DNA of 64,000 nt, taken from contig NW_003314383.1 of assembly GCF_000143415.4 (NCBI RefSeq), positions 190,738-254,737 on the forward strand, in the 5' to 3' direction. The position numbers and the translations under genes are program-made. Shown in pieces: positions 11,323 through 24,831 of the stretch. How positions within the stretch are numbered: the stretch's first letter is position 1; each line of letters opens with the position of its first letter. The DNA comes from Selaginella moellendorffii (Eukaryota > Plantae > Lycopodiophyta). The notes below the pieces were generated by a model, which was given only the letters and a program-made list of their open reading frames with translations, was not told the origin of the DNA and searched no databases.

Positions 11323-14201
11323 CTATATATCAGCTCTCGAGGAAGATAACAGTGGAAGACCAAGCGCAACGATGGAGTAAGGCGGCAGTGAGAGTTCCAT
11401 GTCGGTTGCCGCGCTAAGGAACAAGCTCGTTATAGGCACCACCTGTAAAAAATTCTCTATTGCTCGATCGTGAATAGAATGGACTTGGCTTACCTTATGA
11501 GGATTCTGGAACGAGTTTTCATCCATGAGGCTTTCGCTAGAAAGAACTGTGATGGTCGAAGCAAAAATATCGATCTCGTTGGACAAAACTCCCTCCAGAG
11601 ACACTCGAATCTCTACTGGAAACTGTCCATAGTTCACAGCCTGCTCGACGTAATCACTCGTTAGCATGCTATGCGAAAAGAATTCTTTACCTTTAACACG
11701 AGGCTGGTTCCATCTTCTATGCGTACAGCAGATAAAACTACGGGTACCGCGCTTGTGTTTAAACTCTCGACCGCGAACGGTAAAAGTTTTGCCCCGTTTG
11801 ACATCTTAAAGAAGTGCTGCATCCAATAGCTTGGTGTTCCATACTGTTGCCATGAATCGAAAACTATAGCATCGGGATTCCATCTAGACAAGATACCAAA
11901 GCTTGTCAGTAAAAATTTGAGAACTTAGAAAATAGTTTCCATACCGCCTGTTGTTTGTGTTGACAAACAATGGAGCATAGCTTGCCATTTCGACTATGTC
12001 ACTGCCAAGGTGCTTCGTTCATTAGCAGGACAAGACAAAGAGAAGAATGCTTTGATCAAACCTGTTGAGCTCTATACCAATCAGGAATGCTGCTTCCGCA
12101 AGAGCAGCAAGAAAGCTTCCCTGTCCTGCGTCGCTCTTGACAACTGCATACTCGCTCACAAAAACCTGTAGAATACACATTGCAATAAATATACCGGTGC
12201 TTGTAATCACATCTGATACCTTCGGACCATCCCTGGAAACGTGATTGAATTTATGAACCATCGAGAACAAAGTGTTTGCAGACGTATAGATCTGAAAGAG
12301 AGAGCGTAAAAAAAATTTCGAGATAAAAACAGGCTTTACGTACATGGAAATCGAACAGATCAGCCGGGTGACCAAGAGGTTTTAGTGTTCCATCGCAGTT
12401 AGATATCAGATTGATATCTGGATATGCTTCCTTTATCGCATAGTAGAACTTTAGATAGTTCGCTGCAGCCAAAGTCTGAATAAGTTAAACAATAGAGTAT
12501 CCAAATAAGTAGCTCACCGTGGTAGTACTGCCTCTCGCAGTCTTCATTACCAATAGCCATGTAGAAAAGAGGGAAAGGTTCGGGATGTCCCATAGCCTCG
12601 CGAACTCGACCCCATTTACTAGTCATAGGTCCCCTTGCAAACTCAATACCGTCAAGAATGTCCTGATAGTGTAAAAGTATTTTACGTATTTCACGAGACA
12701 ACCAGGTTTTCTTAAGTGATCCAAACCTGAATGAAAGGATCAAGAAGCTCCGGTAAAACCTCGTCCGAGTGACTGATCCCTGCAAGAACAAAACATGCAA
12801 CAACTCAAAATACTACTCCAAGCTTCCAAAAATGTACCGTTATTGAAAACCCAGACAGGCAAGGTCTCCAGGTCCTCTGAAAGCTAAAAGCTTCATCACT
12901 TGAGTAACTACGTCGCGAAGCTTGAAAAAAAGGGAGTACCTGGAGAAGCTCAAAAAACCCGAGCCCGTCATCCGACCAATAATTCCACTTATCACCAAAA
13001 TGACCAGGCCTTTCCTCCCAGGGGCCGACTGTATCTCTCCATCTCCACGCGTTTCGCAGGCTTCCACCTTCAACATAACATCCGCCTGGAAAGAGTTGTG
13101 CTTAACTTGAAAAGCCTGATAGATTTCGTCACCTGGAAAACGAACGAATCCTGGCTTTAAATCTTCAAGCATGAGCGCAAGCTCCTTTCGGAATCCATGT
13201 CCCTGCGCAGAAGATATTGGAAACGTATGTTCCGATGCACGAGTTACCTTGTACGTCTCTTCAGGCATCGCTGAAACCTGGTCGAGCCATAACACTCTTT
13301 TGTGCATGCTTGTCAGAGCAAGTCGAGCGTAGTGATCGGTGTCAAAAGCTTCCAAAACCATCTCGTGTTTGCTCCATTCCTCTGCCTCTGAAGCGTCCAA
13401 TCTTTCCAGAGTGTGCATTAGAACGAGAGGAAGAGCTAGGTAATAAAAAAAGAGACTTACATGAGATCACTTTGAGCCAAAGTTGTTGTTCCATCTCTTG
13501 ACGTAAACGCAATGGAAAGATTGACTTTGTCGAGAGATCGTATCCAGAGAGAAACTTTGTATGTGTTCCCAGCTCGAATGTCCTAAAAACAAAACATGAT
13601 CAGCTCCAAGCTTTGCATGCAAGAAACTGCGACGATCACCATTCCCCAAAAGCCTGGATTGGCGATTCCCACCCCACCTTCCACCTCTCGAAGTACTTCC
13701 ATCCTCAAAGCAACTGGGTTTCGCTCAAAGCAAGAGGATCGTTCCGACTCCAGCCACACCTGGGAGTCGTCACCAATCGCGTACCATGGCGCTAAGTTGG
13801 ATGGAGTGTTTTGGCCCCCAGACTCAAATCCTATAGAGAAAAATCGTATCAAATTCCATGGACAAGAAGATAGAAAAGAATCACAAAACCAGGCATCGCT
13901 CTTCGAGAAAAGGTAAAGAAATCCATCTCGGGAGACGAATTTGAAAGAAAGAATTACCTCTGTTACTGACGAGCTCGGCCCAGAGACCTCCTCCCCCTGC
14001 ATGGTTGATTTCCTGGGCGATCGATCGAAATTTCAGACAAAATCGATGAAAAAATGCAGCTCAAACCTCGAAGAACACTCCAAACAGCGTGGATGGAATC
14101 CTCCGGCCAGCGCTTCCAGCATCCACTCGCATGGCGAGATCGGCGGCATCGATCGCTCGCGGCGCCACGAAAGCGAAGACGAAGAACACCGCTAGCAGCA
14201 T
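11323..14201 (-). CDS. Alpha-L-arabinofuranosidase, GH51 (ASD1-like), multi-exon
   Basis: Signal peptide, LFGVFFE, FVRFPG, MGHPEPF..AIGNED, FVSEYAV, WNPDAIVF..YGTPSYWMQ, ENSF.NP.KV. Confidence 0.93.
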
Positions 14202-14257
14202 AATAGAGGAGCTCATTATTTACTCTCTTTTTTTTAGGGTTCTTGGCCTTAGGGATT

Positions 14258-17151
14258 ATGGCCAAAAAAGCGAAGAGGAGGACGCAGCAGCGATTTCGTC
14301 CACCGCGGCCGGATCAGCAGCCCTCTGGTGAGTGTAGCGATGAATCTCCATCTCCAGCAGTGGAATCAGCTCCTGGCGAGCATAGGAATGGCGATGGATT
14401 GGAGCTAGAACAGGCGGTCAAGTGCCGGCATTTCACCCGCGGGGTGGATGTCGAGAAGCTCGGGGAGAAGCTGCGAGAGGCCGCCTCGCAGCACTGCCTG
14501 GATTGCTCTAAGAAGCAGCCAAAGGATGGGAAGAAGAAGCCGGTGAATCGAAAGAAGAACCAGCAAGAGAACGAGGACTCCTCCTCGCTGTGGTTTTGCC
14601 TGGCCTGTGCTCACGTCGGGTGTGCTAAGTCTGTGGAGGAGACTTCGTCGGCAGTCCAGCTCCCTCTCGGACATGGTCATGCTATCGAGCACTTTAGGAG
14701 GAACAGGCATCCTTTCGTTCTCCAATGCGGGGATGCGAGTTCTATATGGTGCTTGGATTGTCAGGGAAGTATCGCGACGCAGGCTTCGATCATAGATGGT
14801 TTTCCTGGTCTCGGAGCCAGGGGAAAGCTTCTGCAGCAGGCAGTGAGGCTGATCCAGGAGAGTTCGATGAGTGAAAGTGATGGTGCTGGGAAAGGAAAGG
14901 AGGAGAACGAGAGCGTGAGTGCTACTCGTTCCGCTACTTCTACTTCAGTGGAGTGCTCGTCACCGAAGAATGGGATCGTCCGGGGTCTCGTCAACTTGGG
15001 GAATACGTGCTTCTTCAACTCGGTCATGCAAAACTTGCTCGCGGTGAGGTACTTGAAGGACTACTTTCTCAATCCTGTCGCTGGTGGTGCTTCCGAGGGA
15101 CCTCTCACGTCTGCGCTGAGGAGGTTCTTCCTCGAGATCAATGGTGACAATCTGGAAGCGTTCTCGGGGAATGCCAAGAAGCGGCATCGCGACTATACTA
15201 CGTATAATCCGAAGGGTTTGTTTGGAGCGCTGTGTTCGAAGTCTTCTCGGTTTTCTGGCTATCACCAACAGGATAGCCACGAGTTGCTGCGATGCCTTCT
15301 CGACGGTCTTCAGGTCGAGGGGAAACATAAAGAGTCGGAGGAGAAGAACTCAACCAACGGAAAAGAAGATCATACGTTCGTCGACCATCTCTTCGGCGGA
15401 CAGTTTGCGAGCACGGTTACCTGCTGTGAGTGCGGCCATTCTTCGTCAGTTTTGGAACCTTTTCTTGACGTTTCTTTGCCAATCCCTTTGTCACACAGCT
15501 CCAAGGGAACAACAAGCACTTTCAAGGTAGCAAGCAAGGTGCAAACAAACAACGCATGCTCGAAGAGGGAGGCCAAAGCGAAGAAGGCACTTGAAAGGAA
15601 AAGGAAAGTATTGCAGCCGAAAGCTTCTTTCCAGATCAAGTGCGAGAAAAACATCGGTGAAAAGATCAGCGAGACGGCCGTTGAGAAACAAGCAGAAACA
15701 GGAAGTGTGATGGATGACCTTTCGTGGCTGGACTACGTAGGGGACGACTTCGTAGATGTCACTTCTCAACAGCAGTTTTCCGACCACGATGAGAATCGGC
15801 TAGAGGTTACGGTGGCCGAAGAAGGTGGCTCGGAACTCCGTGATGAAGGGAAGGCAGTGGCAGAAGTCGATGCAACTACATCAGGTCCTCTGGGAGGTGA
15901 AGGAAAGGAAGCAGACAATGCCGATAGCATTGTAGGTGAAGGTGTTACAACTATAGCAGCTCTACCCGGGAAAGAGGAAGAAGACCTTTCGAAAGTGGGG
16001 AAAGAGGAAGACGACCTTTCGAAAGTGGCCGATGTGACTATAACAGGTGTGGAAGATAGTGTAGATAATTCAGAGGGGCTCCCTTCTGCGGGCCCTCCTG
16101 CAGTGATTTTACTGCCATACTGGGAAGGTGACAATCAAGCATCATCGAACGTACAGGACGGCTGGGAGATGCTTGCGCCTAGCGAGGTTGATGGTATAGC
16201 AGATCTTTTTTTCGAGGAGGAGGCCAGCACTTCGGTCACTGTGTTAGGCTGCGCGGAGCGTCCTGGGACAAGCAGTACGAACGCCGCAAGTGTGGAGGAA
16301 ACGGAAGAGATTGAAGACATCATCGAGAAGAGCATCACGGCAAAGTCTCTGGAGGGATGCCTCCAGGCTTTTACCAAGCTGGAAGTTCTCTCCGGTGAGA
16401 ATGCGTGGGGCTGCGACAACTGCACACGGAGGTCCTGTGACTCGGCGGATTCAACGATTGTTGATGGGGATGAGGACGGTCCTACTTGTGACGCTGAAGC
16501 TCGAGGAACGGAACCGACGTCATCTCAAGCAGGTCCATGCAGCATGGAGGAGAAAGGCGAGGACGAAGACGGGAATGATACGTCTTGTGGCAAGCCAAAA
16601 ACGAAACAGGCACACAAGGGAGGAAGCAGCAGCAGAAGCAGCAGCAGCACCAAAGTTTTGGTAAAGAGAAAGGCGACAAAGCGGCTAGTTATACGAAAGG
16701 CGCCTCCGGTGTTGACGGTTCACCTGAAGCGATTCGCCCAAGACATGCGTGGACGACTGAGCAAGCTCACGGGTCACGTAGCATTCGACGAGCTCCTCAA
16801 CTTGAGCCCGTTTCTCAGCGCCTCCAGGTAAGCGCCTTTGTTTTTTCTTCCTCCCTTTTCGTTTTTCTATTCCATGGCTTTCTGGTTCTTTTGCTGGAAT
16901 GTCGTGTGTAACTAATGATGCCTTTTGTCCGCTTGTTTTGCAGGGATGGCGGCTTATATCGCCTGGTTGGAGTCGTGGAGCACTCGGGCACCATGAAAGG
17001 CGGGCATTACGTCGCGTTTGTCCGTGGAGGAAGCGCCGGGGATGGCAAGGAGAATTTTTGGTACTATATCAGCGACTCGGACGTGCGAAGAACAACGCTG
17101 GATCAAGTTTTGAGAAGCGAGGCCTACCTCCTTTTCTACGAGAGAGTTTGA
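14258..17151 (+). CDS. Ubiquitin-specific protease (zf-UBP + C19), UBP1/UBP2-like
   Basis: [16 protein letters not shown] Cys box, [26 protein letters not shown] His box, AYLLFYER. One intron at about 16829-16943. Confidence 0.95.
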
Positions 17152-17632
17152 CAGAGCCCGAGTAAGCTGGTTTCATTTTTCTCTTCTAAAATTCTTTCTG
17201 CGGATTCGCAAACCAAGTGTACAGTGGCAACAGACAAACAGCAGCATTCTCGCTGGTGGTCGATCGATTTCAACTATTTTCTTAGCTCGATGCGGGATCC
17301 AACTGGATAGTGTAAAGCAGATCTGCGTTTCCCGTGGAGGATCAGATTTCCGATGAGATTTCCGATGTGGAGATGGAAGCTGCCGTATCCGGAGACAAGC
17401 AAAAACAAAAGACAAAGGATTCTAGAAAGAGCGTTGGACGATCTCCCGACCATTTGAAAACGCACAGGCATATCTCTTGTCTGGCATCTTCTCGCGAGTG
17501 AAACATGGCTATGATCTTCGAATTACACGTTTTGCTTATAATGATCTCCACAAAAAAGGAAGTTTTACAACAAAAAAAAAAACCGAATAAAAAATGTATA
17601 GCAAACCTTTTTTAATTTACGCCACTAATTTT

Positions 17633-18930
17633 TCAGCTCTTGTGTTGGAAGAAATAACCTGGGAAATTTACCATGTTGATCCTGTCCGAGTAAATTACTT
17701 GGTTCTTGCAAGAACCTTGGACTCCATCCTCGATCGGGCTGGGGGTTTGGAAAATCCCCTGCGAATGCGGCCTCGAGTTGGGGAAATTCTTGAGATAGAA
17801 CATTTGCTCGGGAGAGATTGTGGGCTTTTGATCCAGGATATGTTGTTGGTGGTGGCGGTGATCACTTGTTCTAGAGCTGTTGTTATAGAGGCTGAGAGTG
17901 GGAAGATCATTGTACCGAGTATCCAGGAGGCAATTATCCACTACAGGATCACTGGAGTTTAGAGCTGAGGAAGCGTTGTGGAATTTGAGCTGATCAATCA
18001 AAGGCGCTCCACTGTTTGCAGTGAAGCTCGTGGCGGATCCAATTCCTCTCGCTCCAAGGGATCCATTGGCTTGAGCCTGATCGCCTTGCTGCTCGTTCGA
18101 GAGCATGGCGGTGAAAGAGCCCAGCCTCGGCAAGCAAATCTTGGAATCGTCAATGTCGGGCAGGGACGCCAGGACCTCCTCCAGGCACGACTCATCGTCC
18201 GCGTCCATTTTCACGTTCTCGCGGCTTGGCGCTTCTTGTGAGGCCGCGGGGCTCTTCCAATCGCTCGATTGCTTCTTGTAGATCCGGCAGAGAACCCAGT
18301 CGTCCAGCTGACCAAAAGAAAGAGGAAGAAAAACCCATCAAAACCCATCCCGCGATTGCCGAAAAGAACTCTCCCTCGCGAGAGATTGATCCAAGAACAC
18401 AGATCCATATAATATAACATAGAACGCTCAAGAACACACAAGGCTCTATCACTTACCCGGAGAGATCCCTTCTTGCGCAAGCTCAATCGATTGCTGGCGC
18501 CGCTGGCGTCGGCCAATCGATACTCGTGCATGATCCAGCTCGTCTTCAATCCCTTGGGCGCTCGTCCCCTGTAGAACACCAGCGCCTTCTTCACGCCCAC
18601 TTTGCATCCATCGCTGGAGATGGGCTTGTCGGTGCCAGTGGCCTTCCAGTAGCCCGACCCGGCTGCGCGGTTGGGCCGAGCTCCATTCGGGTACTTTCGA
18701 TCGCGGGGGCTGAAGAAGTACCACTCGCGCTCGCCAAACAAGGCCTTGTCCGGGAGATCCCACGGATCAAACTTGTAGAGATCCACCTCCGCGATGATTG
18801 GCACTGCGAATGGCCGCGACGCCGCCCGGCGCGCGAGGTAATGCACGACCAGCTCCTCGTCCGTGGGGTGGAATCGAAAGCCCGGCGGGAGCTGCAGTGA
18901 ATTCACAGCCTTCTTCGAATTGTGCTCCAT
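17633..18930 (-). CDS. NAC transcription factor (ATAF/stress-NAC-like)
   Basis: [65 protein letters not shown]. One intron at about 18308-18457. Confidence 0.95.
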
Positions 18931-19179
18931 CCAATTCGCTCGATCCCTTCGCAAAGAAGGGAGAATCCTCTCTCTTTGCTCACTCTTTCTTCCTCGCTCG
19001 CTACTTACCACTCCTCTTTCTTTGGATGGAAATTTCGCGGGCTTCCAAAATGCTTCCTAGGGAGCCTAGCTCGCAATTTAAACACTCCAGCTCCCTGGAT
19101 TAAAATTTTTATCCAAAGTTACCTTGCTTATTTTTTTTGGTGGCCATCGTTTTCCCCCCGCTGGGTCATTCGCATTGGC

Positions 19180-19470
19180 TCCATCCGATGAGTCAGCACA
19201 TACAGCTGTTCGGCTAAAAGTAAAGGGAGAATGTACGTGAATATGCCACACTCGCCTGGCCTTTTTCTACAAGGTAACAGTAAAAACATGTGTCAGTCAA
19301 ATGCATGCGCATGGCTCGCCGTACGCACAATCACCGCTCGCACGGTGTGGAAAATGTGCGGGGAATTATGCGGACCGGATCTTTTTTTGCTGGCGTCACT
19401 GAGGTGACGGCGGGGTGAGGTCATTTGGCGTGCCGACGACCAGCGGCCAAAATGGCAACACGCGTCCCAG
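19180..19470. promoter_or_regulatory. Stress-type cis-element cluster upstream of NAC gene
   Basis: TGAGTCA (19189), TACGTG (19234), GCCGAC DRE core (19432), ACGCGT (19460). Short motifs, function unproven. Confidence 0.35.
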
Positions 19471-19829
19471 ATTGGCGGTGAGGCCTAGATAAAGTATTTT
19501 GGGAAAAAGCTTGGACATGCCATGTTAGCTTGAGCTTAATCAGTTTTAGCAATAGTTTGTGAATCAAAATAATTAAATATATTCCAATCTAAAGGCAGAC
19601 TTTCTCTGTAAACTTTCTTTAATTCGTTAATTTACTTGTTTTGGTTTGTTATTGATATCCAATCTAAACTTTCATAAATTTTCTCTAATTCTAATGTAAT
19701 CAGTATTTGATGTTAATTTGTCTACTTTTTAAAGGATGCATAAATAAATTGCTACACTTTGCATGTAGCAATACTTGGTTTTCTTAAAAGTAATTTTATT
19801 ATTACTAATTAATCCAGTTGATCAAATAA

Positions 19830-20090
19830 AGTTTATAATTATAAGCATGTTTGTAATTTATAAACACAAGATTAATCTTATTGCATATCAACCATTAGAT
19901 TATAGAATAAAAAATAATATACTAGAAAGGGTTTAAGAAAGTTTGTAAATTATAAACATGTTTATAAATTATAGATACAAGATTAATTTAAATGAATAAC
20001 AACCATTAGATGGTAGAATATCCTAAAATATCCAAGTATATTCTAGATATATCCATTACCTGTTTAAGCAAACCAAAAAGACATCTAAAA
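19830..20090. repeat. Dispersed AT-rich repeat (probable non-autonomous TE relic)
   Basis: AACCATTAGATGGTAGAATATCCTAAAATATCCAAGTATA matches the reverse complement of 44920-44980 and the direct copy at about 46480-46545. Confidence 0.55.
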
Positions 20091-21411
20091 ACTAGAGATT
20101 ATCAACTTGTATCTATTACAAGCAATTTATAATCTGAATTTTGGGGGGAGGTACACCTCCCAAGAGAGAGAGGTTTACTTGGGGTGGGTGGCCTAGCAAA
20201 AAATTTTGCACACTTGTAAAATATATGAAAAAAAAACTAAATTATTATAACATATACGTGTGACTTACAAAATAATGTTTTAACCACAACTTTTTTCTTA
20301 TACATTTAGTGCCAACCACATATACATAACAAAGTCCATATTAACACCATATTAGGTATACAATTTTTTGTGTTACATCTCCACATCAAATTTTTTTTAC
20401 ACATCAGCAAGGTTTAAAGTTTGGGTTAAGGCTTGTTTTTTAGTGTACAAGCTAGATTTTAAGCACCTTTTGGATACTATGGACTGAGTTCATTATTGGG
20501 GCACTTCCTTAGTGAGGATAGTAAAAAGTACTTTGAGACCAATTGGGTTTGCAATGAATGAAGAAATTTCTGTATCCAATGCCAAAAACCACTACATTTA
20601 ATGGCCCAAACACCTAAAGAAATGTTTTGCCTTCACACTCTAATTTATTAAACTCACCACCATACTTTATTCAATCACCCTCACTGCCACACTCCAATTG
20701 CATTTGCTACCATGCTCCAATCTATTATACTCACCATTGTGTTAGATTAAGGCGCCACACTGCAAATAAATTGTGAGAAATGGGAAGTGCAATTAATTAA
20801 TTGAATCACGGTGCTTATATTAGGGGGCACTACACTGTGATAAATGAGCCACAACTGAGATAAATGAGTTACAACAGTGAAAAATAAAAAGAGAGAGATG
20901 ATCACAATTTATGAGAATGAGAAAAAAAAAATACTAAAATTGCACTAATCTTATGTTTTCTAAGATGATGTGGCATAATGCTTATATAGCAATTTGAAGT
21001 ATCATACCCCATGCATACATGGCATACCCCAAGATAATATCACATGTGTAAATATATAATGCTTTCATGTGCAATCACATATTTGTTGCCATATGTATCC
21101 AACAAACAAAAACTGTTGCTTCACCTATATATTTCAAAATGATAAGTAAATAATACATAAATAAATACATTATTTAATCAATTATTGTGGTAGATTAATT
21201 GAGGTAAAGACCAATACTTATGTATAGAATTAGATGGACTATACAAAAGCCCCATGAAGAACTGTAACTGGATACTGTAATCTGAAGGCTGCCCGTTTGA
21301 ATTGAGCGACTTGGGGCTTAAGAACGGATGGGGATCCATAAAGGTGATGGCATACACAAAGACGGTGAGCAGCGAATCTGTTGGAGGCAGAAGGTTTTCA
21401 ATAGAAGTGAA

Positions 21412-22411
21412 CTAGCTTTCAACCAGCTGGATAGGAGCAGACTCGAGATGAAACGAACTGATTTCAGCCCTGATTCCATCATCAATGGCTTCCAGAATAG
21501 TATCCAAAGTATCCACAGGAGCTAAACCATTCATGGTTTCTATGCAAGCCATATTGACATGCTTGACCTCGTCAGAATAACAACCAATCTTTGGAATGAG
21601 CCCATCGTGGACCCGTGTTGTTGAAGACAATGTAAGACTGAAGACGTTTGCTATGCACAGCCTTTAGCCACTGCTTGACAGTCCTAATGGATATTCGCTG
21701 AACCAGCTCGCCAGACGTGAGCTTTACTATATTGCTCGATATCTTCCCCATGGCGTTCCTTTTGACTCCCTTCCAGTTTGAAGAGGAAGTTCCGATCCCG
21801 AGCAAACTCTGCCAACATTCTTCCAACCTGCTCCTTGTTCACCTGCCAGTCTTCCTTCTCAATCTGCCTGGAAAGCGGTGAAGGTCTGTCACGGTTCGTG
21901 TGGCTGGTTCCCCCAATTTATGACTACCTATCAAAGAGCTTAGCCTTGGCAAGCCGCACAGGGAGAAGCTAGCCAGCCTGTAAGCTCCCAATGGACTCCG
22001 TGCAATACACTCCTGCTTGGCTTCTCTCAATCTGGCCAGAAGATTGTAGACTGACATCCCACTGTACGCTGTTCAGAATATGTGACCACACAATCTCGTG
22101 TTCCATGAGCTCGGAAAAGATCTGTTACCAAAGCTGCACCAGTCTACCTGTGCCCTGTTCTTCGTACTCTGCTCACACATCTCGGCGTTGTAAAAGTCGT
22201 TTGCAGCATCTCTCTCATCTTTGAGTTTGTTGTTGGCAGCATCCACCATTGCCTCGTTGAGAGCTGTGAGCACCACCAGATATCCTAACTCCTTCAGTCT
22301 ACAACTTATTGCTGCGAGGAGAGTGCTCTTGCCAGACTGGGAAGATGCCATTTTCCCGCTACCATCTCCTTTACCAAATCCTCCAAAGTCTAGCCAAGTG
22401 GGATGAGGCAT
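21412..22411 (-). pseudogene. Frameshifted P-loop NTPase/SF1-helicase-like relic
   Basis: ASSQSGKST (Walker A) followed by YLVVLTALNEAMVD (motif Ia-like), then a run of broken same-strand ORFs. Confidence 0.35.
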
Positions 22412-22753
22412 GCCCCGAAAAGAAGGTCCTAGGGCACAACTTAGTCAATGGAGCCTGAAAGTCAAAGTCAATGCTATTGAGAAACTATTTTGACGGAAGA
22501 TATGGATCGTGTTCTCCAGCACCCGAGGAACCCAATGATTCAAGTCATTGGGGAGCGATACCCAATAGGAGATTCCTTATTTCTAGCAAACTGGCCAAGC
22601 CCTTTCCTCCTTATCGAGGCAATGGTGGATGCTGAGCACTTCCTTCCCTGAAGAAACCACTTTATCTCCCATCACCTTGATTTAGGGCTGTACAAACAAA
22701 GGTTTGAACCTTTAAAGTTTTTCTGGAAAAATCAGCAAATATAAGAAATATTG

Positions 22754-23276
22754 ATGCTCAAACATTTCAACCTAATCACTATGGTTTCCTTGTTTGTTGC
22801 GTCCCCTACTGGCTTCACACATCCTGGAAAACCTGCTATACGCTTTCGAACACGGGCAGTGGAAGTGGAAAGAATTGCCGCTACAGTAACAGAGGACCCC
22901 CAACTTACATGGCAAATTGGCGTGGGGGCGATTGGTACCATTTTGCTTTGCCCCGTTGCTTCTGCTCAGTTTGGATTGTCCTGCAGCTGGGGTGACTCCA
23001 TTTGTTGTGGCTGGGATCGAATTCAGCAAGAGGATTGTGAGTGATTTCTAGACAAATATTTCATTGTGGGTTTCTGGAATTTCAGGCAGCTCAAAGGAGA
23101 TGTAAAGTTTGTAAAGGCTCTGGGCTTGTCCGGCGAGAGCAGTATTACTTTAGATGCAACTCTTGCGGTCAGTGCTTGAGTTCCAATGGGTTGATTCTTT
23201 CTTATTTTTTTCATTTTATCCCCTTTTAGGAGGTTTTTTACCTTGGCAATCCTGGAAACGATTCTTTTCTGGGTAA
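22754..23276 (+). CDS. Small DnaJ-type Cys-rich zinc-finger membrane protein (probably plastid)
   Basis: Spliced: WQIGVGAIAGVTPFVVAGIEFSKRIAAQRRCKVCKGSGLV..YFRCNSCGGFLPWQSWKRFFSG. Three introns. Confidence 0.8.
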
Positions 23277-23398
23277 GACATAGATAGAAGAACTTCCTCA
23301 AAACTTTCTTCATAGTTTTTCACGAGAAACATTGTTTCGATCACTCCTAAACAAAACTTTCGCGTTTTCTCTGTTTTTTTTTTTTCTTCTTTTTCTCC

Positions 23399-24542
23399 TC
23401 AGCTAGAATCAGCTAGAATGTTGTTGATATGGGTCTCGGAGAGAGTTCTCGACCACAAGCCAGAGCCAATGTGTCCAACAGACATTGGACACAGCCAATA
23501 CTTTGTCTTTGGTCCCAAAACCTGGGAACGAATAAAAGATAGAACGACGAAAAAAAGAGAGAAAAGAACGCAGGCACGAAACATGAAGCTTACATTGATT
23601 AGATTCGCAAGAAGCCCCAGATCATACGGATGCCTGTAGATTTGGCCAGCCTTCACTGCGATCCAGCCTTCCCTCTTCCCTTGATGAAACTAAATGACGA
23701 GAGAAAAACTTGCAAAACGCTGGAATGCATGAGTAAGAATGAAGCGAACCTCGATCGTAGTCTTGTTTTGAACGAGGAGATATGCATACCAAGCTTGCAT
23801 TGATCCAAAGATCAAAACTCCCACCACCAGGCAAACGCCGTACATGACCTGCGAGAAGAAACGCACGAGACGAGTGAACTTTGCTTCCATCGCGTCACGA
23901 ATGTGTGTGTACCTTCCAGAACTGATACGTCGACGAATTGTTTAGAGTTGATCCTCCAAAGATGGCCAGAGAGTATGAGCACCCCAAGAAGAGGTAGAAG
24001 ACGAGGAGGAGAAACGCTTTGTAGTTTCGGTGGCCAACGCAGTTATTCAGCCAAGAACAGTGATGATCCTGTCGAAGAACAGCGCATTCTTAACGCCAAA
24101 GTCGAAAAGGTCGAGAAGAAAAGAGCTCAAAAGTACCATTCGCAGAATGCAACGCTTGCAAATCCGGCAGTGATGAGCTCGAGCCGGTTTGTAGAGGCCA
24201 CATTTCTCGCAAAACCTTCTCTCTTTTCCCTGGAAGAAGAAGAACAAAGAGAAAGTTCAAGAAAACAATCCGAGTGAAAAAATCTCTAACCTTCGAGACA
24301 GTGCTCTGATCGGTCTCTAGATCGGGAGAGTAATTCGCTGGCACCTGTCCGGGATCACGAAGAACAGCCAGCCCGTGAGAGATGAGGATCATCACGTTGA
24401 GCAGCGTGAAGAGCAGTGCATGTAGCAAAGCTGGCACGCCGATCCAAGGCTGGAGCGCCAAGACCACGACGATGTAATAATTCGAGAGCAGCAGGACGAG
24501 GAATGCCAGGATCGGGAGCGTCAAGCATCTCGAGAGGCCCAT
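23399..24542 (-). CDS. DHHC protein S-acyltransferase (PAT)
   Basis: [57 protein letters not shown]. Confidence 0.93.
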
Positions 24543-24831
24543 CGGCGCACTACATCATCGGCCGCCGGCAGGCGCCCGGGATCACGGCGACCTGCGCAAG
24601 CGCGATGGACCGATTGTAAGCTGCGGCAAGGAGGAGGAAATCTATCTCTCGATTCTTACATTCTCGTGTCGGTGGATCCGTCGTCGAGGAGGAAGAATAA
24701 GAACCCTAATTTCTTAATCTCTATAAAACCTAGCTAAGAAGATCATCCAAATGGAAAGCATTTTCGCGCGCGAAGGTATTTCTTTTGGATTTGAGCTGCT
24801 AGTTTTAGGGTTTATGGATTCTAAGCGACGA

